Notes under the pieces: model-generated
Told to the model about the DNA's origin: nothing
The model's input: only the letters and a program-made list of their open reading frames with translations
The model's database searches: none
Program-made: the position numbers and the translations under genes
Shown here: positions 53,611 through 62,600 of the stretch, piece after piece
How the letters are laid out: the number at the start of each line of letters is the position of its first letter
Numbering within the stretch: the first letter of the stretch is position 1
Source of the DNA: Mobula birostris
Taxonomy: Eukaryota
Length of the DNA stretch: 64,000 nt
Direction of reading: 5' to 3'
Assembly (NCBI RefSeq): GCF_030028105.1
Contig: NC_092374.1
Coordinates: 90,672,491-90,736,490 of the forward strand

Positions 53611-53967
53611 GGCTCCTGGTTCGAGGAGGGATCCATCAGTCGCCAGCCTTACTCAAGGTCCCAGCGGGGGCCAGTGTGGAACTTGGCTGCCTCTTTGATG
53701 AGCCGGCAGTAGCGCCGACTGTAGCCGCTTTCCAGTGGGACCTCCCCAATGGGAGGCTCTACCACGTGCTGCCTGCCGGCAGGGTGGGAGGCAGTACCAG
53801 CTGGCGCGTCCACCTCCAGGCAGAGCTGAAGGCGAGGAGCAGCAGGCTGAGCATTAGCAGGGTCTCCTCTGCAGACAGTGGGCTCTATGTGTGTGTTGTC
53901 CAGCTTCTGGAGCCATTGCCCATTGTCCAGATGAAGGGAACAGCAACTCGTCTTCATATCATCCCAG
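53611..53967 (+). CDS. Exon encoding VJ-type Ig V domain 1 of a CD28/CTLA-4/NKp30-like IgSF receptor (internal exon, phase 1/1)
   Basis: Polypyrimidine acceptor TTCTTCCTCTTGCCTCTACAG|; 357-bp open frame (G)LLVRGGIHQSPALLKVPAGASVELGCLFD...FQW...RVHLQ...SRLSISRVSSADSGLYVCVVQLLEPLPIVQMKGTATRLHIIP; donor |GTATTG. Canonical B-strand Cys, C-strand Trp, DSGLYVC and a J-like G strand are present. Confidence 0.88.
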
Positions 53968-54124
53968 GTATTGGCTAGGCACACTCATATTCCCCCTGGC
54001 TCTACATGGGACTCCCTCCTGAGCCAGGTTGGATGGAGAAATAAGGTTCTTGGGAGTATCCAACACACAGACAAGCCATTCATCCCAACTAGTCCAAGCT
54101 AAGGTGTCCATCCAAGATAGAAGA

Positions 54125-54189
54125 TACAATACTGTGCACCCTAGCATACATTATTGCTAGAGTGCCCAAGACTTGTGCACAATACTGTA
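54125..54189. mobile_element. Tiny Tc1/mariner-like MITE remnant (hairpin)
   Basis: Inverted ends TACAATACTGTGCAC ... GTGCACAATACTGTA (13/15 match), inner inverted CTAGCA/TGCTAG, TA-flanked. The Tc1 assignment comes from recalled TIR sequence. Confidence 0.55.
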
Positions 54190-54500
54190 TTCGTCAACAT
54201 GGAGCAGAGAGTGAGTTTGTAAATCTGGTGTGAGCAAAGGATGTTGGGAATGGCGAGGGTGCAGCGTCACAGGAGGGTTGTGGGATTGGTGGCAAAGGAG
54301 TGTCAGGGCAGCGGGTGGTACGGATGCAGACACACCCAGTCCTGAGAAACCAGGCAAGGTTTGATTCCAAACAACTGGTTTCTTCATCATTACAGTATGT
54401 CCCTCTGGTGCTTCCCACTCTTTTCCTGTCTCCTTTTCCCAACCATGATTCCCCTCTCTCTGCCCTCAGTCCACAATAGAGACCCATATCAGAATCAGGT
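54190..54500 (-). repeat. Unclassified interspersed repeat, copy 2 (uninterrupted, inverted relative to copy 1)
   Basis: Reverse-complement match to 52289-52400 plus 53046-53290. Confidence 0.75.
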
Positions 54501-54544
54501 TTATCATCACTCACGTCATGAAATTTGGTTTATCTTGTGACACA

Positions 54545-54990
54545 TCCTTATCGACTCCAGCATCTTCCCAGCCACTGAGGCCAGGCTAACTGGCCTATCA
54601 TTTCATTTTTTTGCCCTCTCACTTCTTGCAGAGTGGAGTGACACTTGCTATTTTCTGGTCTTCCAGAAACTTGTGATCCTTGATAGATTATTACTAATAC
54701 CTTGACAATCTCCCCAGCCACCTTTTTCAGAACAGGGGGTGTAGTCGATCTGGCCCAGGTGACATACCTACCTTCAGACCTTTCAGCTTCCCAAGCACCT
54801 TCTCGCTAGTAATAACAACAGGACTTACTTCTGCCCCCTGACACTTCAAACTTCCGGCATACTGCTAGCACCTTCCACAGTGAAGATGGATGCAAAACAC
54901 TTTAGTTCGTCAGTCATTTCCTTGTCCTCCATTACTACCTCTCCAGTGTCATTTTCCCATGGGCCGATATCTACTCTCACCTCTCATTTA
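54545..54990 (-). mobile_element. CR1 LINE ORF2 internal fragment (degenerate)
   Basis: Minus strand translates VITSEKVLGKLKGLKVGMSPGPDRLHP/(frameshift)/LKKVAGEIV, resembling the CR1 KSPGPDGxHPRVLKE motif. Confidence 0.75.
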
Positions 54991-55182
54991 CTCTTTATGG
55001 AACATGAAGTGAAACGCGGCATTTGTGTCAAGTCAAATCAGTGAGGATTGTACTAGGGAAGCCTTCAAGTGTTACCACGCTTCTGATACCAACATAGCAT
55101 CCCACAACTTACTACAATGACACTTTACAATGACCAATTAACCTACTCGGTACGTATGAGTTTTGTGTCCTTTTCTATCCAG

Positions 55183-55554
55183 AATCCACTCCAGTCCCAG
55201 GATGGGTTTCCCAGTCCCCTGCCTCCCTCTCGGCGAGGGAAGGAGAGCCCGTTACACTGACGTGTATCTTACAGACAACGGCGACGGAGGCGGAAGAGAT
55301 GTCATTCATTTGGATGTGGGGGACTTCCTTAACCACCTGCTCCACAGTGCCCGGCGCCACCAGCAGGTGGCAGTGTGCTCCGGTTCCTGATCCGGGAGTC
55401 CTTATCACAGCTGATTTACAAACTAAATCATCAGAGTTCAGCATCACCCAGGTTTCTCTAGATCACAATGGAACTTATAAGTGTGATGTTGCGATCACCA
55501 AACCTCTGGCAAGGGTAATTTTACATGGAAATGGATCGACATTACTGGTGGAAG
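55183..55554 (+). CDS. Exon encoding VJ-type Ig V domain 2, with an extra Cys pair (internal exon, phase 1/1)
   Basis: Acceptor TTTTGTGTCCTTTTCTATCCAG|; 372-bp open frame (E)STPVPGWVSQSPASLSAREGEPVTLTCILQ...FIWMWGTSLTTCSTVPGATSRWQC...EFSITQVSLDHNGTYKCDVAITKPLARVILHGNGSTLLVE; donor |GTAGGT. Splices in frame to the upstream V exon. Confidence 0.88.
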
Positions 55555-55654
55555 GTAGGTAAAGTTACATTTCATTCACTTCACTCTTGTTCTTTCTGCA
55601 TGTACGCTGTGGCTTCCTTCATTCAATCGATTTTTCTTTCAATCTTTCGTGATA

Positions 55655-55840
55655 CAGAGAGGAGTAGGCCCTTTGAGCCACACAATCCCCATCAACCCAA
55701 TCCAGGACACTTTACAATGACCAATTAACCTACTCGGTATGTCTTTGGACTTGCGGGAGGAAACTAAAGCACCCTGGGGAAAGTAAAGCGCCCCGGGGAA
55801 AACCCACGCATTCCACGGGGAGGACAGACGAGACTCCTTA
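55655..55840 (-). mobile_element. SINE fragment (V-SINE/HE1-like)
   Basis: GTCTTTGGACTTGCGGGAGGAAAC...GGAAAACCCACGCATTCCACGGGGAG resembles the antisense central domain of V-SINE/HE1 SINEs (recalled consensus). Confidence 0.6.
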
Positions 55841-55864
55841 AGTAGCTCCTGAACCTGTTTAAGT

Positions 55865-55969
55865 ACCACTTATGCTGCCCATCCTCTTTCAGGTTTGATG
55901 AGTTGTGCATTCAGAGATGCTCTTCTACACTCCACTGTTGTAATCTGAAGTTATTTAAGATACGGTCAC
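55865..55969. mobile_element. Tc1-like DNA transposon fragment (target of the BEL insertion)
   Basis: GTTGTGCATTCAGAGATGCTCTTCT...CCACTGTTGTAA...GTTATTT matches my recollection of a widespread fish Tc1-like element. It is cut abruptly by the LTR's TG. Confidence 0.5.
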
Positions 55970-56650
55970 TGTGCTGCCTTAAGTCAGTTATTTTATTTGT
56001 CTTTTAGCACCCTTTGCTGGCAGTTTTGTATAGCAGTCATTGAGGTCAAGTGATCTGTGTCTCTAGTTGATGACATCATCAGTAGGCATCGAGACAGTTC
56101 TCCATGTAGAGTTGAGGGAGAGCTTGTATCTTTTCATCTGACATCATCCTGACATTCAGGTCTTTGAAAGCATCGTCAGTATGTAAAAGTAATCTTTTGG
56201 GTTTATTATTTATTGATGTATATGCATATTTCCACAAATCAGAGATATTTGAACGGTTTGTGTGGAGATAAAATACAGATGGAATATTCATGCAGGCCAG
56301 ATGTTCTGGCTAACCTGTAGTGAGAAAATGTGCATAAGATACATTGTATGTAGCAACATCTTGCTTACCAGTGGTCTATGATACAGTTGGAACTTATTTG
56401 TATACAAAATAATACTCAAGATACTGTATCATTTGTGGTATACTTAATGCTTGCCTTGTACTTACCATAATGGGAATTTGGACACCTTTTTTTCTTTCCA
56501 TCAGTTTCACCCTACCGCCAGTTGTTACATTAAAGCACATCAATTTGGAAGGTCTTTGTCAGTGTAGTAATTGGGGGTGTCAGTGTAGTAATTGGGGGTG
56601 GAGTTCATCTGCCTGTCAGTTCATGCAAGGCGTGTGAAGAGGGCAGGACA
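55970..56650 (+). repeat. BEL/Pao 5' LTR
   Basis: The first 129 bp match 63872-64000 with 6 substitutions. ATTAAA at 56529-56534. The 3' end at ...GGCAGGACA (56650) is inferred from a CA terminus just before the gag leader and cannot be confirmed inside the window. Confidence 0.75.
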
Positions 56651-56695
56651 GTAGAACGATACTTTCTGGAGTACAAAGGCAATTCTCTTTTCAAG

Positions 56696-58438
56696 ATGTC
56701 ACACAAAAAATCATCAGGATCTCAGTCACTACAGACAAGGTCTTATGCCTCAGATTCATCTTCATCCAAACGATCGTATGGCTCCTCCATCCGTGCAGCC
56801 GCAGCCTTAGCTCGTGCTGAAGCCCAGGCGGCTAAAGTGGAGACAGCATTTGCAGAAAAGGAACACCAAATCAAAATGGAACAAGCACGCTTAGAGGTAG
56901 CACTTGATGCCCTTCAATGGGAGAAAAGAGCTGCAGCTGTGGTAGCTAAAGCTGAAGCGTTAGAGGCAGCCATGGAAGAGCAAAATGAGGACCTCAGCTC
57001 CAAAATTGATCTTCAAACCCATGATCCAGCAGAGTGCACAGAAGGGTATGTGGAAGAGCAGGGAAAGCATGCTACCTATCAGTCAATACCTACATTAGAA
57101 GGAGTCTCTACTAACAGTGTTAGTCAACCAGCCTGTTGTACAGCGTGCACCCAAAGCTACTGTGCAGTGTCATGTTCAGGATGAGAAGCCCAGTCATAAC
57201 CATCATCCTCAGGAGCATGTTTCATTGGTTGGAAGTCAGTTAAAGCACACCAACGCTCACATGTCACACCCTTCGGGTAGAAAGCCCCAGATAGTGTGGA
57301 GTTCAAGGGGAGCCGTGGATCGCATGAGTTACACAGAGGTGTCCAATGACAGAGATCATCCTCAAGCACACCAGTATGCAGGAGCCGAACAGACTAATCC
57401 TGCTGATAGTCAGAGCATGTTGGACTGTCAGGTTTCTTGCAAGACACGAACTTGTGTCCTCAGAGCTTCTGCAGTTTAGTGACCGTCCTGAGAGTTACAG
57501 GGCTTGAAAAGCAAATTCCTGAATGCCATACGAGGTCTAATCCTTACAGACAGTGAAGAGATGGACCGCTTGGTGAAGTGGCCAGGTACTGAGCCAGCTG
57601 AACATGTGAGAAGGATAAGAGCTGAGCGTGTTCACCACCCACAGAGAGGGCTCAAAATGGTTTACGGGTCACCAGAAGTCATTGAGAATGTGCTGTTCAG
57701 GAGAGTGGATAGCTTCCCTAAGATCTCTAACAAGGACCACAGGAAGTTAAGAGAGCCAGGTGACTTGTTAATGGAGCTTGAAGCCACTAAATCTGATGGG
57801 GACCTGCCGGGACTCACCTACTTAGACACAGCCCGTGGTATCAACCCCATTGTGCAGAAGCTGCCATATAATTTGCAGAAGAGATGGCTCTCACATGGTT
57901 TTAAGTTCAAGGAAGAGCGTAATGTTCCCTTTCCCCCTTTTGCCTATTTTGTGGAGTTTGTTTGTCAGCAAGCCAAGATGTGAAATGATCCCAGCTTCTC
58001 TCTCATTGCAGGTAGTACTGACCCTCCAGTGATGGGAAAGTCAGCTCTTAAGTACAGCAGTCAGAGGCCTCCAGTCTTAGTTCACAAGGCTGAAGTGTCT
58101 CCTTACACCTCCTCTTTGGCTGGCACAACATGCAAGAGTAAGGTGGATCCTGCTAAGCAATGCCCCTTGCACAACAAACCGTACCCCCTCCAAAAATGCC
58201 GTGGATTTAGGGAGAAGTCCATGGAGAACAGGAAAGCCTTTTAAAAGCAGCATGGCAGCTGCTACAACTGCTGTGCATCATCAGCACAGCGAGCCAAAAC
58301 CTGTGACAGCAGCATGACGTGTGCCGAGTGTGGAAGCGAGAGTCACAGCTCAGCCCTGCACCCTGGGCCTGCTCCTTGGTCCTCAGAGGCCCAAACCCCT
58401 GCACGTGAGCATGGCAGGGTGGAAAGGAATAATATTGA
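56696..58438 (+). pseudogene. gag: BEL/Pao gag (frameshifted), with Cys/His knuckles
   Basis: MSHKKSS...ARAEAQAAK helical N-terminus; GINPIVQKLPYNLQKRW...PFPPFAYFVEFV; CPLHNKP...C; CAECGSESHSSALH. Split across several frames with internal stops. Confidence 0.85.
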
Positions 58439-59680
58439 TGTCACAACAGGGTGCTGGGAACAGACCCAAATGCAAGACACAGACACTGAAGTATAAGGAA
58501 CAGGACTTGAGTAGGGACGTGACAGGATTCAGACCAGGAGCAGGGACAAGAACACAGACTTGGGCTAGGGAAAGCAGGACCAGGACTAGGAACCATAGAC
58601 TAGGAGACAAGGCTTCAACTCCTAGCCCGAGACGGGGCAAGGACCCAGAACCTGGGTCTTGCCTTGGGCTCAGACCCCAGAACCAGGCGAGGACATGACA
58701 TGGCTTCAGGACAGGACATGGCTGAGGTCTAGAGGCCTGAGTATAGAGACAGGCTGGAATCTTTGCTCTTGAGGCTTGAGGCTGGGGTCTTGGGTCTTGA
58801 GCTTGGCTTGGGATCCTCAAGGCTTGGGTTCTTGAAGCTCAGAGACAGACTGGGAACCGAACATCAACATGGAGCCAGGACTTATCCTTCAACAAGCCAG
58901 GACTCATCTTTAACACAACACTGACATGAGACAGGACAGAGCATAAACATAGAGCCAAGACTTATCCTAAGAGAAGCCAGGACTCAACTTCATCTCCACA
59001 CCAAGGTGGGACAGGTCTCTCCATCAGGTAATGGCAGAACAGCCAGACTTACCCAACAGAGGCAAGGACAAGACAGGACAGGACAGGACAGGTCCCCCCC
59101 CCCCCACCATAGCAGCCTGGCTCACACCACAGAGGCAAGGATAAGACAAGACAAGACAAGACAAGACAAGACAAGACAGGACCCCCCCCCCCCCCCCCCG
59201 ACAGGGCAAAAGCAGACCAGCCTGACTTACCCCACAGAGGCAGGGACAAGAAGAGACAAACACCAAAGAACAACACAGTTCCATCTCTGCTCTGGGGTAG
59301 CTCCAAGTCTCAGTTCAGCCAGCAACCTCAGCTGGCCACAGAAACTGCTGGATCCCTACCTAGCTCAGAGTGGCTGGCTGCCACTCAGCTGGCCCAGGAA
59401 ACAGCCAAATCCATACCACAAAGACTACCCCAACAAGTGGCAACAAGGCTCCATGAAGCAGTGGTCCTCCAACCAGGCATAGAGATTACAAATGGTTTCA
59501 CTAGCCTTCCATCAGCAGGTTGCTCCAAGGGGGACTGACAAGACAAACCAGCAGCCCACACTCAATCCCAAGGCTACTTATATTGCAAGCCCAAAGATGG
59601 GAATCAGGTGCCTATGATTAACTCAAACAAGGGACAGTTGGAAGACCCGGAGTCCTGAGTCCACGGACCGGACCATGACA
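58439..59680 (-). mobile_element. Nested solo LTR (1,242 bp), probably Gypsy-type, antisense
   Basis: TGTCA...TGACA termini; perfect 5-bp TSD ATTGA at 58434-58438 and 59681-59685. Excision restores the host frame (EHGRVERNNI-EEATVSSSCTQFC). A minus-strand TATA-like AATATAAGTAG lies near 59575. Superfamily and strand are inferred. Confidence 0.85.
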
Positions 59681-62600
59681 ATTGAAGAAGCTACTGTTTC
59701 CTCAAGCTGCACCCAGTTCTGTGTGGGAGACCTCACTGGAAAATTGTGCTCAAAGATTTGTCTCGTGAAAGTCTACCCAGCTGGCCAGCAGGAAAATGCA
59801 ATCCAGTTATTTGCGATACTGGACGATCAGAGTAATCGCTCATTGGTAAGGTCTGAGTTCTTTGACCTTTTTAACATCAAAGACCACAATTCTCCTTACT
59901 CCCTCAAGACATGAGCTGGTGTGATTGAGACAGCAGGCAGAAGAGTGCATGGCTTTCAGGTGGAATCCATGGACGGACAGGTTATTCTCTCTCTCCCAAC
60001 ACTGATTGAGTGTAACGCGATCCCGAATAATCACTCTGAAATCCGCACACCGGAAGCAGCACTGCATCAGGCTCATCTGAAATCACTGGTGCAAAAGATC
60101 GCAGAGCTCGACCCTCAGGCTCCCATCGTGATCCTGCTCGGAAGAGACATCATAAGGATCCACAAAGTACGGAAACAGATAAATGGGCCACATGACTCCC
60201 CATGCTCAAAAACTGGACTTGGGGTGGGTAATTGTTGGCAATGTCTGTCTAGGAAATGTCTACAAGCCGGCCACTGTGAGCACCTACTATACCAACACTC
60301 TGGAAAATGGCCGCCATGCCGTCTTTCAACCATGCCCTAATCACTATGTCGTGAAGGAAAAGTGGTATGGCAGCAAGGCCTCAGGTCTGCCCGCATTTGT
60401 CCCTGTGGAGGGTCCCACATGTGAGGACTATGGAGAAAAACCTGGGTTGCAGTGTCTTTCAACAGACAAAAGATGATGACAAGATGGGCCCTTCAGTTGA
60501 GGATATACTTTTTCTGAAGACGATGGAAGAGGGAGCCTATAAAGATGAGGACAATAGCCGAGTAGCTCCCTGCCATTCAGACAGCCATGACCTCACCTTC
60601 CCAACAGCAGGTCACAAGCAGCAGACCGTCTTTCTTCACTGCAACACTCCTTTAACAAGAAGCCTGAGTTGAAGAATCATTTCATCTCATTCATGGAAAA
60701 CATATTCCAGAATGGCCACGCAGAGGTAGCTCCTCCCCTTGGAACAGATGAAGAATGTTGGTACCTCCCTTGCTTTGGGGTTTACCATCCAAAGAAACCA
60801 GGCCAGATTCAAGTGGTCTTTCATTCAAGTGCTCAACACAAGGGAGTCTCACTGAATCAGGTCCTCCTGACTGGCCTGGACCTCAACAACAGTCTTCTTG
60901 GGGTACTTATCCGCTTTCGTAAGGACTCCATTGCCATCACAGTGGACATACAACAGATATTCCACTGTTTTCTTGTCAGGCCGGAAGACAGGAATTTCCT
61001 GAGGTTCCCTTGGTATCGAGAGAACAACCCAGAAAATGACATCACAGAGTATTGCGTGAAAGTGCACGTCTTTGTGAATAGTCCATCGCCAGCAGTCACC
61101 ATTCACTGTCTCAGACGAGCTGCTGAAGAAGGGGAGAGAGAATTTGGCAAGGATGCAAGGCAGTTCGTTGAAAGAGACTTTTATGTTGATGATGGACTTA
61201 AGTCCCTGTCCACATCAGAGGCTGCTATCGACCTGCTCAAAAGAACACAGAACATGCTGGCTTGCTCCAACCTCAGGCTACATAAAATAGCCTCAAACAG
61301 CAGAGGGGTCATGGAGACATTCCCCGCTGAGGATCACACCAATGACCTTAAAGATCTGGATCTTGGTGTCGACTCCCTACCTGTACAGTGCAGCCTTGGA
61401 CTCTGCTGGGACTTGAAGACAGACACTTTCCTATTCCAGGTAGCAGGAGAAGGGAAGCCGTTCACTCGCCAGGGTGTATTATCAACAGTGAACAGCTTAT
61501 GTGACCCGTTGGGATTCGTAGCACCTGTCACTATACGAGGCAAGGCCTTACTTCGAGAACTCTCAATGGAAATGAGTGATTGGGATGCTCCATTACCTCC
61601 AGACAAAGAAGAACTATGGGAAAATTGGAAAGAATCCTTAAAAGAGCTTCAGCACCTGAAGATCCCAAGACCATACACAAGTGTGTCTCCAATGGAGGCC
61701 CAGCACAAGGAACTCTATGTCTTTTCAGATGCTTCAGATAAGGCAATAGCTGCAGCTGCCTATCTAAAGATCTCAGATGCAGAAGGGAACTGCCACATCG
61801 ACTTTATATTAGGCAAGACAAGATTAGCTGCACGTCCAGAGCAAACTATACCTCGGTTGGAGTTGTGTGCTGCGGTGATGGCTGTGGAAATGGCGGAGCT
61901 CATTACCTTTGAGATTGACATCGAGTTTGATGCGGTCACTTCCTATACAGACAGCAAGGTAGTTCTGGGCTACATTTATGATGAAAAGTGGAGATTCAAC
62001 GTTTATGTCAACAATTGGATCCAGAGGATCAGGAGAGGCACACAGCCACAACAATGGCATTATGTGTCCACTGAACACAACCCTGCAGACCATGCCACAA
62101 GGTCCATCCCTGCAGCCCGTCTGAAAGACACCACCTGGTTTACCGGGCCTGCGTTCTTATCTCAGCCAGAGAAAACTTCTCTCAAGACAGCCGTCTTTGA
62201 ACGAGTGGACCCAGAACAAGATAAAGAAATTCACATGCAAGTGACAGTGCTCACCTCCACCGCCCAAGACAGCCGACTTGGATCTCAGCGCTTTCAGCAC
62301 TTTTCTAACTGGAGGGCTCTTACTCATGTCATATCTTGTCTCAGACATATTGCATGCCTTTTCAAGAAGACTTCAGAAGATTCTACAGGGAGCTGCAAGG
62401 GATGGCATCGTTGTGAGACACCATACACAGTGGAAGAACTCAGTCAGAGCAAAAATGTCATCATTCGATCCGTGCAGCAGGAAACTTACGCTGAAGAAAT
62501 GGAATGCATCAGGACCCAAAGAGATATCCCTAAGGACAGTCCTCTGAGGATGCTGGATCCATTTATTGGTGAGGACGGCCTATTAAGAGTCGGAGGACGT

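Noticed and set aside
54876-55973. RSS heptamers (CACAGTG at 54876 and 55343; CACTGTG at 55967) near V exons
   Set aside because: No ACAAAAACC-like nonamer at 12 or 23 bp. They fall within a CR1 fragment, mid-exon and at the TSD/LTR junction, and both V domains are already VJ-joined, so there is no support for a rearranging locus.
58321-59482. ORFs within the solo LTR (e.g. 59006-59482, 58383-58820)
   Set aside because: They are low-complexity translations of internal microsatellite and poly-C modules.
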